A stretch of DNA of 64,000 nucleotides from a virus: positions 1 through 64,000 of IMG/VR virus record IMGVR_UViG_3300034198_017445. One strand, written 5' to 3'. This document shows, in pieces, positions 48,590-58,102 of this stretch. Both the position numbers and the translations under genes were made by a program. Numbering within the stretch: the stretch's first letter is position 1; the number at the start of each line of letters is the position of its first letter. Under the pieces are notes generated by a model, which saw nothing but the letters and a program-made list of their open reading frames with translations, ran no database searches and was not told the DNA's origin.

Positions 48590-49090
48590 ATGGCTGCATC
48601 ATTTGAAGTCGATGTTTTGGATGTGGATTTTGATGCTGTGCGTCGCGCTGCGGCGTTCAGCTTGCGAACGAACCAAGGAGTGTGCTCGTTTGCGGACGCG
48701 GATGACGTTGCTCAGGAAACTGCGATTGCGGTGATGAACGGCTATGTGAGCGTTCAGTGGAAAAGCCGGAACATCGCTAGGAATTTGCGAAGCAAAGAAA
48801 AGCTGGCGAAGAAGCGTGAGATGGGCGCTGCTGTGCGTCGATCCGAGTCGGCTAGCGATGTCGATCCGTTGTCGCAGTTGATTGCTCTTGAGAACGATTC
48901 CATGGTCTGGTCGGTTGTAGAAAAGCTCCCTACTTTTCATTGTTGGGTGATCATGGCTCGGTATCGCGATGGGATGACTATCAGCGAATGCGTGGACGCG
49001 AGTGGGTGGTGCCGTGGAAAGGTTACGCGAGCCATTGCCGAGGCTTTGGTGATGCTGCGGGATGAATTGGCAGACTTTGTCGCCGAGTAG
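48590..49090 (+). CDS. ECF-like sigma-70 factor
   Basis: Region 2 DADDVAQET; region 4 LP...VIMARYRDGMTISEC...GKVTRAIAEALVMLR; GGGAG RBS. Confidence 0.75.
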   Translation: MAASFEVDVLDVDFDAVRRAAAFSLRTNQGVCSFADADDVAQETAIAVMNGYVSVQWKSRNIARNLRSKEKLAKKREMGAAVRRSESASDVDPLSQLIALENDSMVWSVVEKLPTFHCWVIMARYRDGMTISECVDASGWCRGKVTRAIAEALVMLRDELADFVAE

Positions 49091-49149
49091 CGTGGTGGTT
49101 GCTACAATCCAAGGCATCTAATTTTGGGTGCCTGAACGGGAGAAGTAGC

Positions 49150-50433
49150 ATGGACTGGGTTTCGCGAATTGTTGGTCACGAGAAGGTTGCTGCAGGTCAG
49201 TTGCTTGCCAATCCATTTAATCATCGGCAGCATCCCAAGGCTCAGCGGGATGTTGTTGCGGCATCGATCGAGGAGTTGGGGTTCGTCAAATCGGTCATCG
49301 TGAACCGAACGACCGGTCACATCGTCGACGGTCACGAACGGGTGATGCAGGCGCTGGGTGTTGGCGAAGAGACGATGGTCGACGTGGAGTACGTCTCTCT
49401 GACCTTGGATGAAGAACGCAAGGCTTTGTTGATTCTTGATGCGTCGTCTGAGATGGCGAAGGTGGACGCGGATCTCTTGCGTGAGCTGGTCAATGTGACC
49501 GAGTTCAATCTCCCTGCCCTGGACGGGCTCATGCAGGACATGATGGCGTCGGCTGGCGTGAAGGTCACGATTCCCCCTGGCGACGACGATCTTCCGGAAC
49601 CACCAGACGAGCCAATCGCGCGGCTGGGTGATCTTTGGATCCTCGGGGACCATCGGGTGATCTGTGGCGACTGTACGGACAGCGGCGTCGTTTCTCGGTT
49701 GCTCAACGGCGTTATGCCAGTGCTCATGGTGACCGATCCTCCGTATGGGGTCGAGTACGATCCATCGTGGCGAAACGAAGCGGGGCTGGGAAGTACCGAG
49801 CGTACTGGCGTGGTGCTCAACGACGATCGTGCGGACTGGACGGAAGCGTGGCTTCTGTTCCCTGGTCCGGTGGCTTACGTTTGGCATGGTGCGCTTCATG
49901 CTTCGGAAGTGGAGCAGTCGCTGGTAAAGGCTTCATTTGAAGTTCGCTCGCAGATTATTTGGGCGAAGCCGAGGGCGGCGATCAGTCGTGGCGCGTACCA
50001 CTGGGGGCATGAACCGGCGCTCGTGGCTTCCCGTGGAGAGCAGTCGATCGAGCCAGATGAATCGACGGATCAAGACGGCGAGCACGGTTGGTACTGTGTG
50101 CGAAAAGGTGCCAAGGCGTACTGGTGCGGCGGTCGGAAGCAATCGACGGTCTGGAATATCGGATTCGCTGGCGAGGTGAAGTCTGAGCACGGTACGCAGA
50201 AACCGGTCGCGTGCATGGCGAGGCCGATGATGAATCACGGGAGACCTGGGGATGTGGTCTACGATCCGTTCCTCGGGTCGGGCACATCGGTTATTGCAGC
50301 CATGCGGTCGAAGCGAGTATGCTATGGGTGCGAGCTGAATCCAGCATACGTCGATCTAATCGTGCGTCGCTGGCAAAACATCACGGGCCTGCAGGCTCAA
50401 GTGGTGCGTCAAACCGAAGAGGTTGAAGCGTGA
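49150..50433 (+). CDS. ParB-like N-terminus fused to an N6A/N4C DNA methyltransferase
   Basis: NPFNHRQH...IVDGHER; TDPPYG; HGTQKPV; DPFLGSGTS; GCELNPAYVD. Confidence 0.9.
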   Translation: MDWVSRIVGHEKVAAGQLLANPFNHRQHPKAQRDVVAASIEELGFVKSVIVNRTTGHIVDGHERVMQALGVGEETMVDVEYVSLTLDEERKALLILDASSEMAKVDADLLRELVNVTEFNLPALDGLMQDMMASAGVKVTIPPGDDDLPEPPDEPIARLGDLWILGDHRVICGDCTDSGVVSRLLNGVMPVLMVTDPPYGVEYDPSWRNEAGLGSTERTGVVLNDDRADWTEAWLLFPGPVAYVWHGALHASEVEQSLVKASFEVRSQIIWAKPRAAISRGAYHWGHEPALVASRGEQSIEPDESTDQDGEHGWYCVRKGAKAYWCGGRKQSTVWNIGFAGEVKSEHGTQKPVACMARPMMNHGRPGDVVYDPFLGSGTSVIAAMRSKRVCYGCELNPAYVDLIVRRWQNITGLQAQVVRQTEEVEA

Positions 50434-50981
50434 CGAAGCGCTCGAAAAAGCATAAACAAAAAGCCGGACTGTCACCTGCTCTAGAACATACGACGGGCGG
50501 AAATCGCGAACCGCTTGAGTCACGTAAGAGCCAGATAGCGACAGGCGTTAAACCCCAAACTGAGGATGAGGCGTATCGGGCATTCTGGCCAGAGTTTGCT
50601 CCAGGCATGGAGAAAATAGCCGAGTCAACAGGGAGGGGTGGAGCGTATCAACGTATGTCGGATATGGCACTGGCAATCCGTGCCGTGTCCGACTCGTTTC
50701 CAGTTCCTCGGGCAGCGGTGGAGCGTTTGGTGTTCGATGTCATTCGGCAATCGACCGATCCTTCGCTTACCCTGGAACAGAGGCAGCGGTCGCAGAAACT
50801 GCTGTCTCGCATGATCGAACGGAACGCGGCACCGAAGGGGTTGCCCGACCAACTGCAAACCTTGCCTGGGCAAGTACTCTCTATTCAGCAGGTGCTCGAC
50901 GTGATCGATGTGGACGATAACGATATCGACCTGCGGGACTTCAAACCGGCAATCGGATCCGATGAGGATTATGCCGAATGA
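50430..50981 (+). CDS. Putative terminase small subunit
   Basis: Helical ORF coupled directly upstream of terL. Confidence 0.5.
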   Translation: MTKRSKKHKQKAGLSPALEHTTGGNREPLESRKSQIATGVKPQTEDEAYRAFWPEFAPGMEKIAESTGRGGAYQRMSDMALAIRAVSDSFPVPRAAVERLVFDVIRQSTDPSLTLEQRQRSQKLLSRMIERNAAPKGLPDQLQTLPGQVLSIQQVLDVIDVDDNDIDLRDFKPAIGSDEDYAE

Positions 50982-52501
50982 CTGCGGTCGCTGGCTGGAC
51001 GGATCAGTTCGGATCGGAAAGCGTACATTCGCACGAGCGCCAAAGTAACGCAGCCAGGGAGTTGTATCTGGACGCACAGGCGATGCGTTCTCCGTTGTTG
51101 CTGGCTGAACGGTTTTCTCGTGGCGAGTGGAAGCGTGCGCGGCACTTGCAGTTCATCGACTGGGAATTCAGAAATCTGCTGAAGTCTCGGGATATCGACC
51201 TGCTGATCATCAAATGCCCTGTCCGTCACGGAAAGAGCCAGTATCTAGCGCGGTGGGCTCCTGCTTGGTACCTGCTCCGGAATCCGCACAAACGGGTCAT
51301 GATCTGTACCGCGACGGCTTCGCTGGCATCGTCTCACTCGCGTTGGGTGCGGGACAAGTTCCATGAGTTGGCTTCGCTCATGCAAATGAAGGGCGTTGAT
51401 CCTACGCATGCTTCTGTGAAGGACTGGGGTATCGACATTCCTGGCGGGGGTGGTGCGTTGGCTGCAGGTGTCGGCACGTCCATCGTCGGCTTCGGCGCGA
51501 ATTTGCTGATCATCGACGATTACCTGAAAGACGCAAAATCGGCGTTCTCTCCAAAGATCCGGGACGACCAATGGGACTGGTTTCTGTCGACCAGTTCGAC
51601 GCGGTTGGAGCCTGGGGGGAAGTTAATTCTTCTCTGTACTGCTTGGCATTCGGACGATCTCATCGGTCGCATCTTGAAACACAGAAAAGAGCTAGATATG
51701 CGGGTGCGTTGCGTCACTCTGCAGGCGTTGCGTGATTCGTCGTATGGCGTTCACGATCCTTTGTGTCGGCAGGATGGCGAGGCGCTTTGGCCTGAGAGAT
51801 GGCCTGTCGAGGTCATGGAGCGTCGGAAGCGCCAGGCTGGTATGTGGTGGCACTCGATCTACCAGGGAACGCCAAAGGGGACGGGGCTTTCATCCTGGCC
51901 TGATGCGTACTTCTCGAATATTTGGGCGGATGACGACGAGTGGCCTAGTCCGGAGGAAGGCGTTCTGTCGGCTTCATTCCTCGATCCATCGAAGGGGAAG
52001 AATTCGAAAGTCGGGGATTATTCCGCGATCGTGTCTGTGGTTTACGCAAAGGGTAAGCTGTGGGTGGATTCCTCGATCGATCGTCGATCCGTGCAGGTGA
52101 TGGTTCGGGAGTGGATGGAGTTCAACCGGGCGCGTCGTATCGCTTTCCAGGGGGTCGAGGGTAATGCGTGGCAGGATTTGCTCGCTGAGGACTACGTCGA
52201 GGAGTGTTTGCGGCACGGGTATCAAATCGATCCTCCTGAATGCGTGATTCACACGACGAACAAAAACCTGCGGATCGAAAAGATCGGGAAGTGGTTGGAC
52301 GGTCGGTTGCTTCGGTTTCGTCGGACGGCTTCGAACGAGTTGCTCCTTGCCCAGATGCGGGAGTTTCCGTTCGGGCAATACGACGACGGTCCGGACGGTC
52401 TGGAGGCTGCGATCGCGCTGCTGTGTCGATCTGTCGATGCGTTGTCGGATGCTCACGACATCGAGGAGAGCGATGCGACGGTTGGTACCAGACCGCTATG
52501 A
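50978..52501 (+). CDS. terL: Terminase large subunit
   Basis: Walker A CPVRHGKS; Walker B LLIIDD; WHSDDLIG; YQGTP; nuclease motifs DPS, GVEGN, YDDGPDG. Confidence 0.93.
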   Translation: MTAVAGWTDQFGSESVHSHERQSNAARELYLDAQAMRSPLLLAERFSRGEWKRARHLQFIDWEFRNLLKSRDIDLLIIKCPVRHGKSQYLARWAPAWYLLRNPHKRVMICTATASLASSHSRWVRDKFHELASLMQMKGVDPTHASVKDWGIDIPGGGGALAAGVGTSIVGFGANLLIIDDYLKDAKSAFSPKIRDDQWDWFLSTSSTRLEPGGKLILLCTAWHSDDLIGRILKHRKELDMRVRCVTLQALRDSSYGVHDPLCRQDGEALWPERWPVEVMERRKRQAGMWWHSIYQGTPKGTGLSSWPDAYFSNIWADDDEWPSPEEGVLSASFLDPSKGKNSKVGDYSAIVSVVYAKGKLWVDSSIDRRSVQVMVREWMEFNRARRIAFQGVEGNAWQDLLAEDYVEECLRHGYQIDPPECVIHTTNKNLRIEKIGKWLDGRLLRFRRTASNELLLAQMREFPFGQYDDGPDGLEAAIALLCRSVDALSDAHDIEESDATVGTRPL

Positions 52502-52556
52502 TGTCGGCTGTGTGAGCAGTGGGGCGGGATAATTCTGTGAAAGAGGGGGGTGACCC

Positions 52557-52838
52557 ATGGACGAGGCTGCTATCAAGAATCGGATTTTGGAGCTGGCGAA
52601 ACAATCGAACGCTTCGATCGCTTCGGGGTACATGGACGAGCTGATTTCCGTCTGGCGAAGGGGGTATTCAGACCGGATGCCTGGGTGGGTGGCTGATCTT
52701 TTGCCGGTAAAGACGCTGGAGAATCGTGTCTATCGCGACGGTCACTGGGAAGCGAGAGTGTTTCTGTCTGGGTTTTTGTGTCTCGGGCGAACGAAGATCG
52801 TCTACAAAAAAGATCGAAAAGGCGGGTCTGGAAATTAA
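52557..52838 (+). CDS. Hypothetical protein
   Basis: GAGG RBS. Confidence 0.5.
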   Translation: MDEAAIKNRILELAKQSNASIASGYMDELISVWRRGYSDRMPGWVADLLPVKTLENRVYRDGHWEARVFLSGFLCLGRTKIVYKKDRKGGSGN

Positions 52839-52938
52839 ATCAGGAAATTGTCGATCGTTCGCGCCCTGATTCGGCGTGGATCCAGCCATGACTAACGTGG
52901 GGCAGTGGTTGCCCTGGTTTTTCCTGGAGGATTCGCAA

Positions 52939-53346
52939 ATGCTTAGTTCGACTTTTGTTCTTGGTGGTAAGGCTGTTTTCACGGTGTCCAATCCTTCCGG
53001 CGTGCGATACACGTATCGGGTGAAGGCGAGCAAGGGGCCAAATCCAAAGTTTTTTGCTCAACTCTTGGCTGGTCCTGACAACACCAGCGATTACGTCTAT
53101 TTGGGCGTGGTTGATACCTTTTCCGGTTCGGTGCGGCTTACTGAAAAGTCGAGGATGACCGGGGATTCGCTTCCAGTGAAGGTTCTACGCTGGTCGCTTG
53201 GCAAGTGCTGGCAAGGCGGCGATCTTCCTGAAGGCTACTCGATCCATCATGAGGGTTGCTGTGGTCGCTGCGGTCGGGCGCTCACGGTTCCCGAGTCGGT
53301 AGAAAGTGGTTTCGGGCCTGAGTGCATCAAGCTGGTTGGTGGTTGA
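52939..53346 (+). CDS. DUF6011-type Zn-finger protein
   Basis: GPDNTSDYVYLG; CGRCGRALTVPESVESGFGPEC. Confidence 0.75.
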   Translation: MLSSTFVLGGKAVFTVSNPSGVRYTYRVKASKGPNPKFFAQLLAGPDNTSDYVYLGVVDTFSGSVRLTEKSRMTGDSLPVKVLRWSLGKCWQGGDLPEGYSIHHEGCCGRCGRALTVPESVESGFGPECIKLVGG

Positions 53347-53381
53347 GGTTTTCAAAAACCCTGGTTTTTCATTGGTCAAAC

Positions 53382-53403
53382 GAAGTGTAAATTTTTACAC
53401 TTC
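53382..53403. repeat. 22-bp near-palindrome, inverted copy of 30740-30761
   Basis: GAAGTGTAAATTTTTACACTTC is the exact reverse complement of GAAGTGTAAAAATTTACACTTC. Confidence 0.8.
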
Positions 53404-53437
53404 CCTTCTGTCTCTGTGGTTGTGGAGGGTTTGTAAT

Positions 53438-53731
53438 ATGGGTGGTTGCAGCGTTGCTTGGTCTTTTGATGGGCGACTTTCGGAGCAGGAAGTTCGGACT
53501 GTGTTCGCGGATTTGCGACAGGCTGACCTGAAAGTGAACGGGTCGGATCCGTATTCCGGGACCGTGCATACGATTCCATCGCTCAAGTTCGTAGGGCAGG
53601 TGGCTGGCTCCTACGACGAGGCGTTCGATTTGGCGTTGGACCGCGCGGTGAAGTGGGAATATGCGATCGCTGTGAAGTATCCGAGGGACGGCAAGCTGTT
53701 CTGGTTGGTCGCTGGCTGGGCTGCGGAGTGA
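53438..53731 (+). CDS. Hypothetical protein
   Basis: GGAGG RBS; GSDPYSGT...KWEYAIAV...WLVAGWAAE. Confidence 0.6.
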   Translation: MGGCSVAWSFDGRLSEQEVRTVFADLRQADLKVNGSDPYSGTVHTIPSLKFVGQVAGSYDEAFDLALDRAVKWEYAIAVKYPRDGKLFWLVAGWAAE

Positions 53732-53796
53732 CGGGCTGGCTGGTTCGGTCGCTGAAAAGATTCCCCAGAAATGACCTTATTTTTGTATTTACGGTA

Positions 53797-53824
53797 TTGA
53801 CGCTAAGTGTTTGGTCGTTAAGAT
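53797..53824 (+). promoter_or_regulatory. Sigma70-like early promoter TTGACG-N16-TAAGAT
   Basis: Part of a ~100 bp leader duplicated at 59738-59839. Confidence 0.65.
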
Positions 53825-53886
53825 CAATGCATGCGGACGACGGGGTGTCGGCTGCGGGGTTCGAAGTGAAACGGGAGACGTTGAAA

Positions 53887-54126
53887 ATGACTGCTGCAAA
53901 AAAAGAAGAATTGGCTCCAACGGTCTACCGCACAAGCGGCACGAAAAATCGAGCGATTGCTCAGTTTGTCACGATCGAAGCGGCAAACGCTTACGTTGCA
54001 GAATTGATTGCCGGAGGCCAATCAAACGAGTTTTTGATAAAGATGGCCGTTCGCAATCCAATCAAAAAGGCTTACACCAAGCGAGGTGTTTGGAGAGAAA
54101 GCGGAGTTCGGCAGGTTAATCGATAA
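53887..54126 (+). CDS. Hypothetical protein
   Basis: AAACGGGAG RBS. Confidence 0.55.
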   Translation: MTAAKKEELAPTVYRTSGTKNRAIAQFVTIEAANAYVAELIAGGQSNEFLIKMAVRNPIKKAYTKRGVWRESGVRQVNR

Positions 54127-54192
54127 TGTTGCTGTACTGCGAACGGATGGAATGTCGCCTGGATAGGTGGGTTTCGAAACGCGGGGTGCGAT

Positions 54193-54447
54193 ATGGCAAG
54201 CGATATGGGTGCTCTCTCTGAAAAGTGCAAGCGAGCACTTCGGAGCCGAGCGTGGAAGATGACCACGAAAGAACGTCAGGCTTTGTTGAAGGCTGCGGAC
54301 GAAGCGGCTGGCATTTGGATCGTGTTTCGCAAAGGGAAGGCGCTGAATCGGGCGTATGGCTTTGAGTGCCATCCTGTAGCGTTCTCGGTTCCAAATGGTC
54401 ACATCATCATGGGTCGCGACGGAGTTGCGGTTCTGGAAAAAGTTTAG
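54193..54447 (+). CDS. Hypothetical protein
   Basis: Short ORF. Confidence 0.5.
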   Translation: MASDMGALSEKCKRALRSRAWKMTTKERQALLKAADEAAGIWIVFRKGKALNRAYGFECHPVAFSVPNGHIIMGRDGVAVLEKV

Positions 54448-54531
54448 AAAGTCGCGCCCTGTAATCGGCTGGGCGTGGCCTGGGTATGTGCGGTGGTTGG
54501 TTTGGTTGGTTTCAAAACGGGAGATTCTGTG

Positions 54532-54801
54532 ATGCGTGCTAATACTTTGGGTGAGTTGCTTGAGGCTGTTGAGGAGTTGATCGAGGCTCATGGTGCGGAC
54601 GTCGAGGTTCGCATGGCGACGCAGCCAAACTATCCGTTCGAGTGGTCGATCGGTGGCGTGGTCGCTGTCGATCCGAGCGAATCGGACGAGGACGACGATG
54701 AAGGCTCGGATGCTCCCTCGGGAGATGGCGAGGTCATCGTCTACATCCTGGAGGGTTCCCAGCTCGGGTACGCTTCCAAGCGGCTGTGGGACGAGCAGTA
54801 G
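54532..54801 (+). CDS. Hypothetical acidic protein
   Basis: AAACGGGAG RBS; EVRMATQPNYPFE...VYILEGSQLGY conserved-looking motif. Confidence 0.6.
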   Translation: MRANTLGELLEAVEELIEAHGADVEVRMATQPNYPFEWSIGGVVAVDPSESDEDDDEGSDAPSGDGEVIVYILEGSQLGYASKRLWDEQ

Positions 54802-54882
54802 GCGTTGGTGTCAAGTTTGCAGTCGCGTCGCGTTGGCGCGGCTGCTGTGGGGGTTGGTTGGTTTCAAACGGGAGACGGTTCT

Positions 54883-55614
54883 ATGTCGGTTAAGAACAGG
54901 GCTGCGGTTGTGTTGTACGAGTCGATGGTCGCTTCGATCCACGACATGCTTGCTGATCTCAACGAGGCTGCGGGAAACTTTCCTGCTCCGGACGGAGATG
55001 TGATTCCGAACGGTGACTATGGCGATCTTGGCAATGTCGCCGAGGTTCATCGGTTGCTTGGTGAGGCGATGGGGTTCATCAAGTCGTATCGACCGGTGGG
55101 GGCTGCGGCGCGTGGTGCTCCGTGCGACGACAACGCGTATCTGTTCCGTGCGCCTGTCAACGCTGATAAGGGTCGCATGATTTGGGTGCGAGGCGATGAA
55201 AACTACGACTGGGTTCTTCGGGAGTTCGTTCGCGTCGATTGTGCTGGTCGGTTCGTTTGCGTCGACGCTGAGATTCGCACTGTGCGTGTCTTCTGGAACT
55301 GCGGTCTGATCTGGGATGGAACCATGCCTGTCGAGAAGGATGTCGTGTCGGAAGTGATGGATCGTGGTCCGTGCGACGACAACGATGCGGAGTTTCGAGT
55401 TCCGGTTGATTCGGACCGTGGTCGCATGGTCTGGGTCAAGGACGTTGGCTCGCGATGGTTCCGTCGCGAATTTATTTCTAAATCCGGAGGTAGGTTTTTG
55501 TGCAAGGAAAGCAGTGCTCCTTTGGGCTATGTTAGCTGGGATGTAGCAAATATCAGGGTCGATTCCAAGCCTGTCGAAAAGGCTGATCTTGGAACAATTC
55601 GCGTCATCACCTGA
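54883..55614 (+). CDS. Hypothetical protein with a duplicated ~65 aa domain
   Basis: PCDDN...FR-x-PV-x-x-D-x-GRM-x-WV...W-x-x-REF occurs twice. Confidence 0.6.
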   Translation: MSVKNRAAVVLYESMVASIHDMLADLNEAAGNFPAPDGDVIPNGDYGDLGNVAEVHRLLGEAMGFIKSYRPVGAAARGAPCDDNAYLFRAPVNADKGRMIWVRGDENYDWVLREFVRVDCAGRFVCVDAEIRTVRVFWNCGLIWDGTMPVEKDVVSEVMDRGPCDDNDAEFRVPVDSDRGRMVWVKDVGSRWFRREFISKSGGRFLCKESSAPLGYVSWDVANIRVDSKPVEKADLGTIRVIT

Positions 55615-55647
55615 GACGGTTCTCGGTTGGCGTCGGCTATGTAGGTG
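55613..55647 (+). promoter_or_regulatory. GAGAC-N15-TCGGCT motif copy (nearest promoter-like motif upstream of cas12m)
   Basis: GAGACGGTTCTCGGTTGGCGTCGGCTATGTAGGTG. Confidence 0.65.
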
Positions 55648-55681
55648 GTGTTCTTGTTTGTCTTTCAGTCGGGGGCGTGCC

Positions 55682-56299
55682 GTGAGTGCAAATCAAAAGT
55701 TATCGATGGATGAGGCGTGGGTGCTGATTTCGAAGTTGCTGCCAAACGCGATTGCAATGCATCCTTATGGCAGGGGGGCGACGGTTCATTTTCGAGATGG
55801 TTCGCCTACTCAGGTGTTGAACTGCTTGGTCGACTGGAAGGCTGGAAACGGAAGTGTCGTGTCGTGGTATTCTCCTCACAATTGGCGTGGCGCGATCGCT
55901 TCCGATGTTCGAGGCGATAATCCTCCGATTTGCCGGTATCGTGGTTCCGTAAGTAGTCCGTGGGAGTACGGGTTTCTTCGGGGGTGTGATCCAGAGACTT
56001 CGCATCATTACTACTGCGGTGGTACGTTACGGTTGCATTGCGAAGTGATCGATGAGCCAAAACAGGAAGCGGTCGCCGATGCTACTGTTCGTGTTCCTGA
56101 TTTACTGCATGGCTGGCGAGAACCTACATCGAGCGACGCTGGTCGAACCGTGTTCGTTCGTGATCATGCTGGGGTAAAGTGGACACACCGAGTGCTCGCT
56201 AGGGTTGAAGGAAAAAAAGTGTTTTGGTGCGAACCGAACGACGGAGTTGGTGAGGTCGACTGGGCTCATGCTTTGATCGTCGATGACGTCGTGTTCTAG
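55682..56299 (+). CDS. Hypothetical protein with a domain related to 54883-55614
   Basis: WREPTSSDAGRTVFVRD...KWTHRVL. Confidence 0.55.
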   Translation: MSANQKLSMDEAWVLISKLLPNAIAMHPYGRGATVHFRDGSPTQVLNCLVDWKAGNGSVVSWYSPHNWRGAIASDVRGDNPPICRYRGSVSSPWEYGFLRGCDPETSHHYYCGGTLRLHCEVIDEPKQEAVADATVRVPDLLHGWREPTSSDAGRTVFVRDHAGVKWTHRVLARVEGKKVFWCEPNDGVGEVDWAHALIVDDVVF

Positions 56300-56343
56300 T
56301 TTGCTGTGGTGTTGTGTTCGTGGTTCAAGCGGGAGATTGAAAG

Positions 56344-58092
56344 TTGAGCGTTAAAAACTGGGTCTATGGTGGTAAGGTTCCTACGCCACAAGAGGCTGTC
56401 GATGAGGCGATCTTCACGGCGCACAAGTATCGAAACAAGCTGTGTGAGTTGGAGCTGGAAAAACGGAAGCGGCACTACGATTTGTTGCGTCGGCTTGCTC
56501 CTGAGTTTGTTGCTGCTGAGGAAACGGTCGCGACGTTGGAGGCGGCGCTGGGTGCCTGTCGCGAAAAGATCCAAGCGGAACGGGTGAAGCAGCGGACGAA
56601 AACTCCGACTGGGTGCAAGACCTGGATTGCCGAAAGTGCGGACATCAAATCGCGGTTAAAAGATGCGCGTGCAGTCTTGAAGGCTGCGAAGCATGCGGCT
56701 TACGATGATCCTGCTGTCAAGGCTGCGATGGATGCGAACAGCGAGCAGCATAAATCCGAGTGTGCTCAAGCCAAGCAGGAGTCCGGGCTGTACTGGGGGA
56801 CCGAAGCGGTGATCCGTGATTCGTGTCGATCGTTTGCGAGTGGTGCTCCACCGAAGTTTGCGCGGTATGAAGGGCGCGGTCAGTTGGCTGTCCAAGTCCA
56901 AGGCGGGATGGATTGTTCCAAGGCGATCGATGAGAACACGTTGGTCTACATCGTTGGCGAGGGTCGGAAGCGAACGGCAAAGGTTCGCATTGCTTCGGAC
57001 GGTGGGCGACCGGTGTTCGCGGATCTACCGATCGTGTTCCATCGGGACTTGCCTGACGGCGCTATCAAGTGGGCGTTCCTGCAGAAGCGGATGCGTGCGA
57101 ACAAACCGAAGTACAGCTTGCGTCTTGCGATCGACGTTGCTGATCCTGTCGATGTGCAGGTTCCTCCGGGTGAGGTTGCGATTCACGTCGGCTGGCGAAA
57201 GCACGGGGACGGATTAAAGGTCGTGACTTGGCTCGGGAGCGACGGCGAGAAAGGTTCGCTCGTGCTTCCGGCTTCTCATTGCGAGGACTATCTCAAGCTG
57301 GACAAAATCAAGTCGGAGCGTGACATCGAATTCGGAAAGGCGATTGATCATTTGCGTGGGTGGCTGGAGTGTCGTGGCGATGTGCCTGAGTTCTTGGAGG
57401 AGGTTCGATCGCACTTGCATGCGTGGAAGTCTCAGAAGCGGTTGGCTGCTCTCGTGGTGGCTTGGCGCGATGCTCGCTTCGATCCGTGGGATATTGATAT
57501 TTTCGAGTACCTGGAGGCGTGGCGAAAGAAGGACAAGCATGCATGGCAGCACGATGCTCGGTTGCGGGAGCGAATCGCTGGTCGTCGCAAAACGATCTAC
57601 CAGACGTTTCTGTGTGGTCTTGCTCGGAGGTACGGAGTGGCGATCGTTGCTCCGATCGATGCGAAGGAGTTGACCGAAAACAGCGAGCCAGAAGACTTGA
57701 CGGCGGATCCAACGTTGCAGCATCGGCGTGCGAAGTGGGCTGCTGTATCGACGCTGATTCAGTACGCTCGCGAAAAATGGCCTGAACGCTGCATCGAAGT
57801 GGACGGTGCGAACATGAGTCGCCAGTGCATGCGGTGCGGTCACGTCAACGAACCGCAAGGCAAGCGGGTGCAGTGCCATGGTTGCGGTGCTACTTGGGAT
57901 GTGGACATCAACGCGGCTACGGTTATGCTCGAACGTGGTCAGGCTGCGGCGCGTGATGGTGCTCTTGATGCGTTGGTTGAAGCGAAGGAAAAGAAAGCCG
58001 AGGCTGCTCGCGAGAAACTTGCAAAGATGATACAGGCGCGGCGTGATGCTTCTGCTCGCAAGCGTGCTGAGATGGAGGGCAGCGAGGCTTAG
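56344..58092 (+). CDS. cas12m: Type V-M Cas12m-like (TnpB-derived) RNA-guided DNA-binding effector with a non-canonical RuvC
   Basis: 582 aa. Motifs AHKYRNKL-x-E, long coiled-coil REC, GLYWGT, PKFARYEGRGQLAVQ, WED FHRDLP. RuvC-I VAIHVGWR (His at the Asp site), RuvC-II IVAPID (no Glu), CMRC/CHGC finger, RuvC-III WDVDINAA. Adjacent to a pseudoknot repeat array. Confidence 0.88.
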   Translation: MSVKNWVYGGKVPTPQEAVDEAIFTAHKYRNKLCELELEKRKRHYDLLRRLAPEFVAAEETVATLEAALGACREKIQAERVKQRTKTPTGCKTWIAESADIKSRLKDARAVLKAAKHAAYDDPAVKAAMDANSEQHKSECAQAKQESGLYWGTEAVIRDSCRSFASGAPPKFARYEGRGQLAVQVQGGMDCSKAIDENTLVYIVGEGRKRTAKVRIASDGGRPVFADLPIVFHRDLPDGAIKWAFLQKRMRANKPKYSLRLAIDVADPVDVQVPPGEVAIHVGWRKHGDGLKVVTWLGSDGEKGSLVLPASHCEDYLKLDKIKSERDIEFGKAIDHLRGWLECRGDVPEFLEEVRSHLHAWKSQKRLAALVVAWRDARFDPWDIDIFEYLEAWRKKDKHAWQHDARLRERIAGRRKTIYQTFLCGLARRYGVAIVAPIDAKELTENSEPEDLTADPTLQHRRAKWAAVSTLIQYAREKWPERCIEVDGANMSRQCMRCGHVNEPQGKRVQCHGCGATWDVDINAATVMLERGQAAARDGALDALVEAKEKKAEAAREKLAKMIQARRDASARKRAEMEGSEA

Positions 58093-58102
58093 GGTATGGT
58101 TC

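Noticed and set aside
56344-58092. IS200/IS605 TnpB transposon
   Set aside because: No tnpA or element ends are visible; the protein is longer than TnpB, has Cas12m-type motifs and a dead RuvC, and sits next to a multi-repeat array.
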